This document shows, in pieces, positions 8,748 to 18,413 of a DNA stretch of 64,000 nucleotides. This DNA comes from an uncultured Acidobacteriota bacterium. Lineage in GTDB: Bacteria; Acidobacteriota; Thermoanaerobaculia; UBA5066. The notes under the pieces are model-generated. The model did no database searches. It had not been told where the DNA came from and saw only the letters and a list, made by a program, of their open reading frames with translations. The position numbers were made by a program, and so were the translations under genes. Position 1 is the first letter of the stretch, and each line of letters begins with the position of its first letter. The stretch spans positions 134,751 through 198,750 of the forward strand of contig CAWCSP010000004.1 in assembly GCA_963798215.1 (NCBI GenBank). The letters are read 5' to 3'.

Positions 8748-11700
8748 TCAGAGGGCCCGCCAGACCAGCTTCCCGAGGTCCCGCGTAAACGCGATCGCTT
8801 CGAGGAGCGGAGCGAGCGGGGCGCTCGCGGCGGGCCGGGCGTTCACGCTCGAAACCGCCAGCCGGCGCGGCCGTCCGAGGGGATCGCGCGAGCGCCGGAC
8901 GAGGTCCTGAAGGGCGCCGAGGGCGGCCCTGAGCGTCCGGTCCGTCGCCGTGGCGGCGGTCTCGAGCGCGCCCGCGCCGTCGAGCGAGAAGAGGACCTCG
9001 CCGCCCGCGAGCGCGACCCAGCCATCGCGCGCGTCGAGCCCCTCGAGGACGGGGTCGGCCGCGCCCGCCACGGCGAGGGCGGGCTCGTCGCCCGACGGGC
9101 GCTCGACCCGGCGCAGGGTCTCGACGGTCTCCTCGTCGGCGTACTGGACCGGACCGCGCCCCTCGAGGAACTCGCCGCGGCGGAGGTCGCCGCGCATCTC
9201 CATGCGCGCGAAGACGGGCGCGACGTCCGGCCAGCGGATGAGAGAGGCGTCCTCGCGCTCGAGCGTCGCGCGCGACACGACGCCCCAGCGAGCGAGAAGA
9301 AGCCGCGCCCACGCCTCGGCGCGCTCGTCCGCTCGCAACGGCTCGCCGGCGACGCCGGGGGAGTCGAGGAGCGACCACCTGCCCGAGGGGAGTGAAGAGG
9401 GAGCCGAGAGAGAAGACCGGGGATTTCTTGGAAGGTGAATAGGGCCCGGGGAAAGTTGCGGGCTCGCGAGGCGCGCGGAGACTCTCCTCTCGGCGTCGCG
9501 CAGCGCCTGCCGGGAGGGCCGCACACCCTCCGGGTGCAGCGCGGCCGCCGCCCCCTGAGACGCAGCTGTCACGCGCCTTCTAAGCAATATCTCTCTGAAT
9601 CCCTGTATTCCGTCGCCCGTGACCAGCCCTGCCAGAACGAGCTCGACGACGGCTCTTGCGAGCGCGGGCTCCACGCCGCGCTCGCCGCGCGCGACGAGGT
9701 CCGACAGGAAGGACGCGCCGGAGACGGCGAGCTTCCCGTAGAGCTCGCGGGCCGCAGGCGAGAGGCCGTTGAGCGCGGCGACGCCCGGGGGCAGGAGAAC
9801 CGCGCCCTCGCCCCGGAAGAAGAACGACAGCCGCGCGGCGCGCGGGTTCTTGACGCCCTCGGCTCGCCAGACGAGGAGTCCGCGCGCCGACAGGACGTCC
9901 AGCGCGTCGGGCTCCGGCGCCGCGAGACGCGCCGGAAGGAGCGAGGCCTCCCACGCGAGCGCGGGCAACGCCAGGCCCCGCAGGAGGCCGACGGCGCGCT
10001 CGGCCGCGTTCGGGCCCGCGAAACGCGCGCCGAGGGCGACGCCCTGGCGCGTCGCGAGGAACGCCCGGTACGCGGCGAGCGGCACCGGGCGGATCTCGTG
10101 CCGGAGGATCCCGAGCGACTTCCGCCGGACGTTCTCGGCGAGGCGCGCGCCCGCCCAGCGCAACGCCCCGTCCGGCGCGCCGAAGCGCGCGCGGACGACA
10201 AGCGCGTCGAGCCGCAGCGCCTCGAGGGCGGCCTCGACCTGCACCGCCGGGACGCCGTAACGCGCGGTGAACTCCGAGACGAGCGCGGGGCCCCTTGTCG
10301 CGAAGAACCGGAGGACGATCCGCTCCAGAGGCGAGGGGGCCGCCGACCCACTCGAGGCGACGCCGTGCACGGGGAAGGGGCGTTGAAGATCTTCTTCGAA
10401 TGCACGTGAGGGCGGTGGGGCGACCGAAGCCGGATCGCCGCGTCGGTCGGCGCCGCCCTTGTCGAGGGTGCGGCCGAGGGCGGAATTCCAAAGGTCCACC
10501 TCCTCCGCGGCGACGAACCTCCATTCACCTTCTAAGCAAAGCGCCATGACGCTCTGCCGCGCCACCAGCTCGTCGAGCCACGTCTTCCCCTCTCCGGAGC
10601 AGCGTTCTTCGATCTCGTCTTTGGTCAGGTCTCCAAGCTCCTGGAAGAACGAGAGAAGCTCGTCCGCCGTCCGCGCCATGCGCTGCGGGACGAGGCGCGA
10701 GGCCTCGGCGCGCGCGGCATCGGCGGCCTCCGGCTTCAGGGCGTCGGGCAGCGTCTCGCCGAGCACCTCGCCGAGAAGCTCGCGGTTCATCGCGAGCGCG
10801 TGGATCCCGCGCTCGGCCTTCGGCGCGTCCCACTCGTACAGGTACGCCGCGACGAAGTTGAAGAGGAGCGACTGCGCGGCCGGCGACGGGAGCTTCCGCG
10901 CGTCGACCGTCCGGCCGACGCCGCCGGAGGCGAGGTCGTCGAGGAGCCGGAAGAGGCGGTCCGTCTCCCAGACGTCGCGCAGGCAGTCGCGGTACGTCTC
11001 GGCGACGATCGGGAAATCCGGGAGGCCGCGCGTCGTCTGGAGGAGGTCGCGCGCGCGCATGCGCTGCAGCCAGAACGGCGTCCGCTTTCCCGACCGGGCG
11101 CGCGGGAGGAGGAGCGCGCGCTGGGCGTTCTCGCGGAAGCGCGCCCCGAAGAGCGCGGAGTTCGGAAGGTCGGCAAGGAGGCGTTCGCGGGCCTCGCCGG
11201 ACGTCAGGCGCGCGAGACGCTCCAGCGGCACCTCGCGCTCGGCGCGCGGGAGGCGCAGGAGGATCCCGTCGTCCGTCGCGACGGCCTCCGCCTCGACGCC
11301 CGTCTGCTCGGAGAGGATGCCGGCCAGCGCGAGCGACCACGGGACGTTCACGCCTTTCCCGAAGAGCGAGCGTACGACGACGCACGGGTCGCCGAGCTCG
11401 TTCGGGAACGTCTCGAAGACGACGAGCGTGTCGGAGGCGACGCCCGGCGACTCGAACGCTTCCCGGCGGATCCCCGCGACGAGCGCAGCGGCCGCGTCGG
11501 GGTCGCAGCCGTAGCGCGCATGCAGGAAGTCCGGCAGCGCGGGGTCGTCGAGGCGCTCCGCGATCGTCCGCTTGAGCCGCCCGACGCGCGCGGCGAGCTT
11601 CGCCGTCCGGCCGAGGCCCTCGCCCCGCCAGAAGGGCATCTTCGCGGGCGCGCCCGCGGCGTCCTCGACGACGACGCGGTCGTGGTGGATGTCGATCGCG

Positions 11701-13328
11701 CGCCAGGCGCGCGAGCCGAGGAGGAAGACGTCGCCCGTCCGCGTCTCGTGGACGAACTCCTCGTCGAGGTCGCCGACGACCGTCCGCCCGTCGCGAAGGA
11801 CGGCCTTGTACGCGCCGCGGTCCCCGATCGTCCCGCCGTCGAGGAGGGCCGCGAGGCGCGCCGCGGGCAGGGCCGAGACGCGGTCCGTCGCGCGGTCCCA
11901 GACGAGCTTGGGAGCGAGCGCGGCGAAGCGCTCCTTCGGGTACTTGCCCGAGAGCATCGCAAGCGTCTCGACGAAGAGCGTCTTCGGGAGCGCGCGGTAC
12001 GGCGCCGCGCGCCGGAACGTCGCGAGGAGCCCGGCGGACGTCGGCGCGTCCGCCCCGCGCCCGACGACCTCGGCGACGATCTGCTGCGCGAGGACGTCGA
12101 GCGGAAACTGGGGCGGGCGCGTCTCCTCGACGTCGCCTTCCCGCATGGCCTCGACCGTCGCGGCGCACTCGAGGACGTCGTCGAAAAAGAGCGGCACGAA
12201 ACGCCCGCGCGAGGCCTGTCCCACGAGGTGGCCGGAGCGGCCCACGCGCTGGAGGGCGCGGGCGACGCCCTTCGGACTGCCGAGCTGGACGACGGAGTCG
12301 ATCTCGCCGACGTCGAGCCCGAGCTCGAGGGAGCCCGTCGCGACGAGGACGCGCAGGGCGCCGGCCTTGAGATCGCGCTCGACCTCCTCGCGCACGGCGC
12401 GCGCGACCGAGCCGTGGTGCGTCGGGACGGACCTGCCGAGCTTCTCCTCCAGCTTCGCGGCGACGCGCTCGGCCTGGCGCCGGTTGTTGCAGAAGACGAG
12501 CGTCGTGCGCCGGAGCGCGGCCTCGGCCGCGATCGCCTCGACCGCCGCTCCCCAGGGCGAGTCGTCGCTCGAGTGATCGGCGTCGCCCTTCGGCGAGAGG
12601 ACGGCGAGGTCGAGCTCCTTTCGTGCCGGGACGACGAGCGCCTCGACCGCGTGCGCGCCGCCCACGAACGCGGCCACCTCCGCGACGGGCTCGACCGTCG
12701 CCGAGAGCGCGACGCGCTGCGGGGGCTTCCCGCCGGCTGCGCGGACGACGTCCTCGAGGCGCTCCAGGGACAGCGCGAGGTGCGCGCCGCGCTTGCCGCC
12801 CGCGACCGAGTGAATCTCGTCGAGGATCACGGTCTTGACCGTCCCGAGGAGGCCCCGGCCCGCACCGGTCAGTAGGAGGTACAGCGACTCGGGCGTCGTG
12901 ATGAGGATGTCGGGCGGCCGCCGCAACTGTTCGCGCCGCGCCGACTGGGGCGTATCGCCCGTCCGGACGGCCGCGGTGACCGAGGGCGCCGGTCCGCCGC
13001 CGGAAGCGGCGAGCGCGCGCGCGACTCCGGCGCGGGGGCGCTCGAGATTGCGCGCGATGTCGTTATCGAGCGCCTTGAGCGGCGAGACGTAGAGAACCGA
13101 CAGGGACGGCTCGCAGTCGCCCGCGAGCTTCCGCCGGACGATCCCGTCGAGCCCGACGAGGAACGCGGCGAGAGTCTTCCCGGTACCGGTCGGCGAGACG
13201 AGAAGGACGTTCGCGCCTGCGGCGATGCGCGGCCACGCGAGCCGCTGCGCGGCGGTGGGCCCGTCCGGGAACTCGGCGCGGAACCACCCGGCAACGGCGG
13301 GATGGAACAGGCCGGCGGCGTCGTCCAC
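8748..13328 (-). CDS. lhr: Lhr-family ATP-dependent DNA helicase (large helicase-related protein)
   Basis: 1526 aa. N-terminal SF2 motifs (GTGKT, DEIH, helicase C). The C-terminal Lhr-CTD signature ends in LLLARWGVVSR...LRRGEFLEGRGPVQYA. The size is typical of Lhr. Confidence 0.85.
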   Translation of the reverse strand: MDDAAGLFHPAVAGWFRAEFPDGPTAAQRLAWPRIAAGANVLLVSPTGTGKTLAAFLVGLDGIVRRKLAGDCEPSLSVLYVSPLKALDNDIARNLERPRAGVARALAASGGGPAPSVTAAVRTGDTPQSARREQLRRPPDILITTPESLYLLLTGAGRGLLGTVKTVILDEIHSVAGGKRGAHLALSLERLEDVVRAAGGKPPQRVALSATVEPVAEVAAFVGGAHAVEALVVPARKELDLAVLSPKGDADHSSDDSPWGAAVEAIAAEAALRRTTLVFCNNRRQAERVAAKLEEKLGRSVPTHHGSVARAVREEVERDLKAGALRVLVATGSLELGLDVGEIDSVVQLGSPKGVARALQRVGRSGHLVGQASRGRFVPLFFDDVLECAATVEAMREGDVEETRPPQFPLDVLAQQIVAEVVGRGADAPTSAGLLATFRRAAPYRALPKTLFVETLAMLSGKYPKERFAALAPKLVWDRATDRVSALPAARLAALLDGGTIGDRGAYKAVLRDGRTVVGDLDEEFVHETRTGDVFLLGSRAWRAIDIHHDRVVVEDAAGAPAKMPFWRGEGLGRTAKLAARVGRLKRTIAERLDDPALPDFLHARYGCDPDAAAALVAGIRREAFESPGVASDTLVVFETFPNELGDPCVVVRSLFGKGVNVPWSLALAGILSEQTGVEAEAVATDDGILLRLPRAEREVPLERLARLTSGEARERLLADLPNSALFGARFRENAQRALLLPRARSGKRTPFWLQRMRARDLLQTTRGLPDFPIVAETYRDCLRDVWETDRLFRLLDDLASGGVGRTVDARKLPSPAAQSLLFNFVAAYLYEWDAPKAERGIHALAMNRELLGEVLGETLPDALKPEAADAARAEASRLVPQRMARTADELLSFFQELGDLTKDEIEERCSGEGKTWLDELVARQSVMALCLEGEWRFVAAEEVDLWNSALGRTLDKGGADRRGDPASVAPPPSRAFEEDLQRPFPVHGVASSGSAAPSPLERIVLRFFATRGPALVSEFTARYGVPAVQVEAALEALRLDALVVRARFGAPDGALRWAGARLAENVRRKSLGILRHEIRPVPLAAYRAFLATRQGVALGARFAGPNAAERAVGLLRGLALPALAWEASLLPARLAAPEPDALDVLSARGLLVWRAEGVKNPRAARLSFFFRGEGAVLLPPGVAALNGLSPAARELYGKLAVSGASFLSDLVARGERGVEPALARAVVELVLAGLVTGDGIQGFREILLRRRVTAASQGAAAALHPEGVRPSRQALRDAERRVSARLASPQLSPGPIHLPRNPRSSLSAPSSLPSGRWSLLDSPGVAGEPLRADERAEAWARLLLARWGVVSRATLEREDASLIRWPDVAPVFARMEMRGDLRRGEFLEGRGPVQYADEETVETLRRVERPSGDEPALAVAGAADPVLEGLDARDGWVALAGGEVLFSLDGAGALETAATATDRTLRAALGALQDLVRRSRDPLGRPRRLAVSSVNARPAASAPLAPLLEAIAFTRDLGKLVWRAL
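9423..9590. repeat. Palindromic element copy B (~168 bp), embedded in-frame in the lhr coding sequence
   Basis: Left arm ATTTCTTGGAAGGTGAATAGGGCCCGGGG and right arm CGCCTTCTAAGCAATAT. The GAAGGTGAAT(A/G)GGGCCCGGGG block is shared with copy F. On the minus strand it translates as ...REILLRRRVTAASQGAAAALHPEGVRPSRQALRDAERRVSARLASPQLSPGPIHLPRNP... in a linker between conserved Lhr-CTD blocks. Confidence 0.6.
10486..10541. repeat. Palindromic element copy C (partial or degenerate, right arm clear), in-frame in lhr
   Basis: Right arm CATTCACCTTCTAAGCAAAGC at 10521-10541. The left arm is degenerate (GGAATTCCAAAGGTCCACC). Translated within Lhr as ...SVMALCLEGEWRFVAAEEVDLWNS... Confidence 0.4.
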
Positions 13329-13341
13329 GGCGGCCGCCGGC

Positions 13342-14514
13342 TCAACGGGGGCCGGCGGCGCCCGAGGGCGTGAGGCGGCCGCAGCCGCGGAGCGCGACGA
13401 GCGACGCGCCTCCCGCGGCGAGCAGGAGGACCGCGCCGGCGAACAGGAGAAGCGGGCCGCGGCGGCCCGTCCGCGGCGCCGGGACGCTCGCCGTGCGTTT
13501 CGGGCGCGTCATGGGCGCCGTGGATTCGGTCAGGCTCGCGCCGGGGCTCGTCGCCGGAGAGGCCGGCACCGGGTGCCGGGACGGAGGGGAAGGCGGCGCG
13601 ACGGCGGGAACCTCGCGCGTCACGACGCCGCGGGGCGGCCGCGCCGCGAGCTCGCGCCGCGCCATGAGCAGGTCGAGGATCATCTGGCCGGCGCTCCCGT
13701 AGCGCTCGTTTGCGTCCTTTTTCAGCGCGCGCGCAACGATCTGCTTCAGGACGTCCGGCACCCGGTCGGGAGCGGGCCAGGGGTCCGCTTCCTTCGTCAT
13801 CATCTTGGCGACCATCTGCGTGACGCTCGCGCCCGAGAACGGATGCACGCCCGCGAGCATCTGGTAGAAGACGATGCCGAACGAGAAGAGGTCCGAGCGC
13901 TCGTCGACCGGGTTCCCGAGCGCCTGCTCGGGCGAGAGGTAATCGAGGGTCCCGACAATCATCCCCTCGCCCGTGTGGCGGCGCGCCGGACCGTCCGCGC
14001 CTTCGAGGAGGATCTTGCTGAGGCCGAAGTCGAGCAGCTTGGCGCGGCCGTCGGGCGCGAGCATCACGTTCGAGGGCGTGATGTCGCGATGGAGGATCCG
14101 GTTCTGGTGCGCGACCTTGAGCCCTTCGAGGACCTGGATCGCGATGTCCACACACTCGAGTACGGCGAGCCGGCGCACGTCCATGACCTCGTCGAGGCCC
14201 TTGCCCTCGAGGTACTCGAGCACGAGGTAGAGGGAGCCCGTCGGGAGGCCCGCATCGCGCTCGTCCGTCACGGCGAGGTCGTGGAGCGTGATGACGTTCG
14301 GGTGGTTCAGCGCCGCGACCGCGCGCGCCTCGTTCACGAAGCGCCCGCGCATCTTGGCGTCCTGCTGGAGCGCGGCGGGAAGCACCTTGATCGCGACGCG
14401 GCGGCCGAGCGCCGGGTCCGTGGCGAGGTAAACCTCCCCCATCCCGCCCTTGCCGAGCAGGCGGACGATCTCGTACCGGCCGATGCTGCGGGGGAGAACG
14501 TCCGCTGCAGCCAC
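13342..14514 (-). CDS. Hanks-type Ser/Thr protein kinase with C-terminal TM anchor
   Basis: GTG start. GKGGMGEVY G-loop, VAIK lysine, HRDITPSN catalytic loop, DFG, SPE, DxFSFG. Pro-rich tail and a TM helix (LLLFAGAVLLLAAGGASLVAL). Ends 13 bp upstream of lhr on the same strand. Confidence 0.75.
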   Translation of the reverse strand: MAAADVLPRSIGRYEIVRLLGKGGMGEVYLATDPALGRRVAIKVLPAALQQDAKMRGRFVNEARAVAALNHPNVITLHDLAVTDERDAGLPTGSLYLVLEYLEGKGLDEVMDVRRLAVLECVDIAIQVLEGLKVAHQNRILHRDITPSNVMLAPDGRAKLLDFGLSKILLEGADGPARRHTGEGMIVGTLDYLSPEQALGNPVDERSDLFSFGIVFYQMLAGVHPFSGASVTQMVAKMMTKEADPWPAPDRVPDVLKQIVARALKKDANERYGSAGQMILDLLMARRELAARPPRGVVTREVPAVAPPSPPSRHPVPASPATSPGASLTESTAPMTRPKRTASVPAPRTGRRGPLLLFAGAVLLLAAGGASLVALRGCGRLTPSGAAGPR

Positions 14515-14540
14515 TCGAAAGGCAAGTATAGGCGGGCGCG

Positions 14541-15107
14541 TCAGGCCGAGGGCTCGTCGCCGAGCGCGATCTCGACGTGGAGCGCGGGCGGATCCGGCCG
14601 GGACGTCTGCGCGAGAGCGGACCGTTCGAAGACGCGGAGCATTTTCTCGTTGTCGGGCAGGACCTCGGCCTCGAACGTCGCGATGCCGCGCCTGCGGGCG
14701 AGCGTCGCGAGCCTCCGGAAGAGGAGCGACCCGAGGCCCTTGCCCTGGAGGTCGTCCGCCACCGTGAACGCGACCTCGGCCCTCCCGGGATCGACGAGGT
14801 CGCGCTCCCAGCGCGCGACGCCGGCGAGGACGCCGTCCACCTCGGCCACGAGCGCGTAGCGGTTCCGGTAGTCGACGTGCGCGAGGTATTCGGCCTTCGA
14901 ACGGTCCTTGTCCGGGACCGCGAAGAAACGGAAATAGAGGCTCTCGGGGGAGAGCCGGTCGTAGAGCTCGAGGAGGCGCGGCCCCTCGTCGCTCAGGATC
15001 GGCCGCAGCCGCACGGGGGTGCCGTCCTTCAACACCGCCTCCGACGCGTCGGCTTCGGGGTAAGGGGCGGGCGCCCCGGGGGAGAACTCCCGGACCGTTC
15101 GAACCAA
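14541..15107 (-). CDS. GNAT-family N-acetyltransferase
   Basis: 188 aa. Acetyl-CoA binding motif (Q/RxxGxG/A) in DLQGKGLGSLLFRRL. TTG start preceded by a GGAGG RBS. Confidence 0.7.
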   Translation of the reverse strand: MVRTVREFSPGAPAPYPEADASEAVLKDGTPVRLRPILSDEGPRLLELYDRLSPESLYFRFFAVPDKDRSKAEYLAHVDYRNRYALVAEVDGVLAGVARWERDLVDPGRAEVAFTVADDLQGKGLGSLLFRRLATLARRRGIATFEAEVLPDNEKMLRVFERSALAQTSRPDPPALHVEIALGDEPSA

Positions 15108-15175
15108 CGCGGACCTCCGAGGACCCGCTCATGATGGTACAGAATCGCGCACCAAGTCCACGGCTGGGGGGCACC

Positions 15176-15574
15176 ATGAAGCTCATCACGACGATCATCC
15201 GGCCGGAGAAGCTCGCGGACGTGAAGGCCGCGCTCTTCCGCGCGGGCGTCACGGGGATTTCGCTCTCTCGCGTGCAGGGCCACGGCGGCGAGCACGACAC
15301 GGTCGAGCAGTACCGCGGGACGACGCTCGTCTTCGAGTTCGTCGAGAAAGTGCGGATCGACATCGCCGTCTCCGAGCCGTTCGTCGAGCCGACGATCGAG
15401 GCGATCGTGACCGCGGCACGGACCGGCGAGGTCGGCGACGGGAAGATCTTCGTCCAGACGCTCGAACGCGTCATCCGCATCCGCACCGGCGAGCAGGATG
15501 TGCAGGCGCTCACGCCGATCTCGGCCGAGGAAGTCCGGGCGCGCGCGCTGCGCGCCGGGAAGGAGGGCGCGTGA
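15176..15574 (+). CDS. glnK: P-II nitrogen regulatory protein (GlnK/GlnB) with short C-terminal extension
   Basis: MKLITTIIRPEKLADVKAAL...RGTTLVFEFVEKVRIDIAV...TGEVGDGKIFV...RIRTGE is the canonical P-II fold, including the T-loop RGTT. Immediately upstream of amtB with a GTGA overlap. Confidence 0.85.
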   Translation: MKLITTIIRPEKLADVKAALFRAGVTGISLSRVQGHGGEHDTVEQYRGTTLVFEFVEKVRIDIAVSEPFVEPTIEAIVTAARTGEVGDGKIFVQTLERVIRIRTGEQDVQALTPISAEEVRARALRAGKEGA

Positions 15575-16881
15575 ACGCTCCGGCCGTCAGCGCGGGCGAC
15601 ACCGCGTGGGTCCTCGGCGCGGCGGCCCTCGTCTTCGTCATGAACCCCGGGCTCGCGTTCTTCTACGCCGGGCTCGTGCGGCGCAAGAACACGCTCAACA
15701 CGCTCATGATGACGTACGTCGCGATGGGCGTCGGCGCCGTCGTCTGGATGATCGCGGGCTATTCGCTCGCGTTCGCGCCCGGCTCCCCGTTCCTCGGCTC
15801 CCTCGCGTGGCTCGGGCTCCGCGGAGTCGGCGGCGCGCCGGAGGCCGCCTACGCCCCCACGATCCCGGCCCTCGCGTTCTTCGCGTTCCAGGGGATGTTC
15901 GCGACGATCACGCCGGCGCTCGTGTCGGGTGCGATCGTCGAGCGGATGAGCTTCCGCGCCTACGTGGCCTTCCTCGCGCTCTGGAGCCTCGTCGTCTACG
16001 CGCCGGTCGCACACTGGGTCTGGGGAGCCGGCGGCTTCCTCCACGCGTGGGGCGCGCTCGACTTCGCGGGCGGGACGGTCGTCCACGTGACCGCCGGGAC
16101 CGCGGCGCTCGTCGCCGCGAGGATCCTCGGCCCGCGGCAGGACTTCAAGCGGATCGCCCTCATCCCGCACAACGTCCCGTACGTCCTCCTCGGCGCCGGC
16201 CTCCTGTGGTTCGGGTGGTTCGGGTTCAACGCGGGCTCGGCGCTCGCGGCCAACGGCACCGCCTCGCTCGCCTTCGTGACGACGAACGCGGGGGCGGCCG
16301 CCGCCGCGCTGACCTGGCTGGCGCTCGAGAGCGCGATCGGCGGGCACGCGACGGCCGTCGGCGCCGCGACGGGCGCCGTCGTCGGCCTCGTCGGGATCAC
16401 GCCGGGCGCCGGTTTCGTCTCGCCGCTCTCGGGCCTCGCGATCGGCGCCCTCACGGCGCTCGCGAGCTTCACGGCCCTGCGCCTGCGCGGCAGGACGTCG
16501 CTCGACGACACGCTCGACGTCTTCGCCTGCCACGGGATCGGGGGGATCACGGGCTCGCTCCTGACGGGCGTGTTCGCCTCGAAGGCCGCGAACCCCGACG
16601 GCGCCGACGGCCTGATTCACGGAAACGTCGCCCTCCTCGGGATCCAGGCCGGGACGGTCGCCGTCGTCTTCCTCTACACGCTGGTCGTCACGTCGGCCGT
16701 CCTCGTCCTCATCAAGGCCGTCACGCCGCTCCGCGTGGATCTCCACGCCGAGCTCGACGGCCTCGACCGCCGCGTGCACGGCGAGGAGGCCTACCGCGGC
16801 GGCAGCGCGGCGGGCGGCCTCGGCGAGAGCGTGATCCTGCTCCATTCGGAGCGGGCCCACGCGAAACCGGACGCGGCCTAG
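15571..16881 (+). CDS. amtB: Ammonium transporter AmtB
   Basis: GTG start after an AGGAGGG RBS. Amt-family signature (FFYAGLVRRKN, DFAGGTVVHVTAG, 11 TM helices). Arrangement is the classic glnK-amtB operon. Confidence 0.9.
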   Translation: MNAPAVSAGDTAWVLGAAALVFVMNPGLAFFYAGLVRRKNTLNTLMMTYVAMGVGAVVWMIAGYSLAFAPGSPFLGSLAWLGLRGVGGAPEAAYAPTIPALAFFAFQGMFATITPALVSGAIVERMSFRAYVAFLALWSLVVYAPVAHWVWGAGGFLHAWGALDFAGGTVVHVTAGTAALVAARILGPRQDFKRIALIPHNVPYVLLGAGLLWFGWFGFNAGSALAANGTASLAFVTTNAGAAAAALTWLALESAIGGHATAVGAATGAVVGLVGITPGAGFVSPLSGLAIGALTALASFTALRLRGRTSLDDTLDVFACHGIGGITGSLLTGVFASKAANPDGADGLIHGNVALLGIQAGTVAVVFLYTLVVTSAVLVLIKAVTPLRVDLHAELDGLDRRVHGEEAYRGGSAAGGLGESVILLHSERAHAKPDAA

Positions 16882-18383
16882 CGCGGAACCGCGACGCGGC
16901 CCGTCAGCTCGGCGAGGTGGCGGAGGCGGGCCGCGACCTCCGGCCGGAAGGCGTCCTTCGGCGCCCGCCAGGTCCAGTTGTCGTGGGCTCGGCCGGGGAC
17001 GTTCATGCGCGCCTCGGAACCGAGCGCGAGGACGTCCTGGAGCGGGACGACCGCGCGGTCCGCGACCGACGCGTACGCGGCGCGGACGAGGACGCCGGCC
17101 GGGTCGCTGCCGTCGACGCCGAAGTAGTCGCGGAAGCGCTCCTGCGCCCAGTCGGGAAGGGAGGCGTACCACGCGAGAGTGGCGTCGTTGTCGTGCGTGC
17201 CCGAGTAGACGACCGAGTTCTGGACGTGGTGGTGCGGGAGGTGCTCGCTGTCCATCTCGCCGAACGCAAACTGGAGAACCTTCATCCCCGGCAGGCCGAG
17301 CGTCGCGAGGAGCTGGCGCACGTCGTCCGTGATCTCTCCGAGGTCCTCGGCGACGATCGCGACGTCGCCGAGCGCGTGCCGGATCGCGAGGAAGAGCATG
17401 AGGCCGGGGCCGGTCTCCCACCGCCCCTCGCGCGCCGAGGCTGCGCCCGCGGGGACCGACCAGTAACCCGCGAACGCGCGGAAGTGGTCGAGCCTCACGA
17501 GGTCGGCGAGGCGGAGGTTCGCGCGGACGCGCTCGATCCACCAGTCGAACGACTCCGCGGCGAGGACGTCCCAGCGGTAGAGGGGATGGCCCCAGAGCTG
17601 CCCGTCCTCGGCGAAGTCGTCGGGCGGGACGCCCGCGACGAACTCGGGCCGGCCGGCGGCATCGACGGCGAAGAGCCGCCGCTGCGACCAGACGTCGGCG
17701 CTGTCGAGCGCGACGTAGATCGGGAGGTCGCCCATGATCGAGATCCCGCGCGCGTTCGCGGCGCGCTTGACCCTCTCCCACTGCCGGAGGAAGAGGAACT
17801 GCGCGAAGGTGTGGTACGCGATCTCGTCCGCGTGCGCGCTGCGGGCCGCGGCGAGCGCGGCCTCGTCCCGCGCCACGAGCGCGGGCTCCCACTCCGTCCA
17901 GGGGGCACCTCCGTGCGCGTCGCGCAGCGCGGCGAAGAGGGCCCAGTCGGGGAGCCAGGTGGCGTGCGCCGGGGAGGTCGCGAAGCGCGCGACGGCGTCC
18001 GTGACGCTCGCGCCGACCGCGCGCGCGTGGGCGAAGGACGCGCGCAGGACCCGCTCCTTGAACGCCCGCACGGCCTCGAAATCCACGCGGTCCTCGGGGA
18101 AGGCGGGCGCCCCCTCGAGGGCCGCGGCGGGGAGGAGCCCCTCCTCGAGGAGCCACTCGGGCGAGACGAGGAGCGGGTCGCCCGCGAACGCGGAGAGGCC
18201 CGCGTACGGCGAGTCGTGCGCGCCGGACGGGACGAGCGGGAGAACCTGCCAGAGCCTCAGGCCCGCGGACGCTGCCCAGTCGAGGTACGCGTCGCTCGCG
18301 GGCCCGAGGTCGCCGATCCCGAAGCGGGACGGGAGGGACGTCGGGTGGAGGAGGAGCCCCGCCTCACGGACCGGTCTCGCCAT
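16878..18383 (-). CDS. malQ: 4-alpha-glucanotransferase (amylomaltase, GH77)
   Basis: 501 aa with GH77 motifs (GIGDLGP, RLDHFRAF, GMKVLQFAF, WGHPLYRWD). Convergent with amtB; the stops overlap in CTAG. Confidence 0.85.
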   Translation of the reverse strand: MARPVREAGLLLHPTSLPSRFGIGDLGPASDAYLDWAASAGLRLWQVLPLVPSGAHDSPYAGLSAFAGDPLLVSPEWLLEEGLLPAAALEGAPAFPEDRVDFEAVRAFKERVLRASFAHARAVGASVTDAVARFATSPAHATWLPDWALFAALRDAHGGAPWTEWEPALVARDEAALAAARSAHADEIAYHTFAQFLFLRQWERVKRAANARGISIMGDLPIYVALDSADVWSQRRLFAVDAAGRPEFVAGVPPDDFAEDGQLWGHPLYRWDVLAAESFDWWIERVRANLRLADLVRLDHFRAFAGYWSVPAGAASAREGRWETGPGLMLFLAIRHALGDVAIVAEDLGEITDDVRQLLATLGLPGMKVLQFAFGEMDSEHLPHHHVQNSVVYSGTHDNDATLAWYASLPDWAQERFRDYFGVDGSDPAGVLVRAAYASVADRAVVPLQDVLALGSEARMNVPGRAHDNWTWRAPKDAFRPEVAARLRHLAELTGRVAVPR

Positions 18384-18413
18384 GGTCCGGCATGCTACCC
18401 CGCGGGGCGCGCC

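Noticed and set aside
8665-8910. 81-aa ORF starting inside repeat copy A
   Set aside because: It begins within the palindromic element and runs antisense over the lhr 3' end. Composition is Arg/Ser-rich with no RBS.
13342-18156. 1604-aa ORF on the minus strand
   Set aside because: Only its 3' third (13342-14514) is a real Ser/Thr kinase. The rest is an antisense/alternate-frame read-through of glnK, amtB and malQ, with Arg/Gly/Pro-rich low-complexity translation typical of high-GC DNA.
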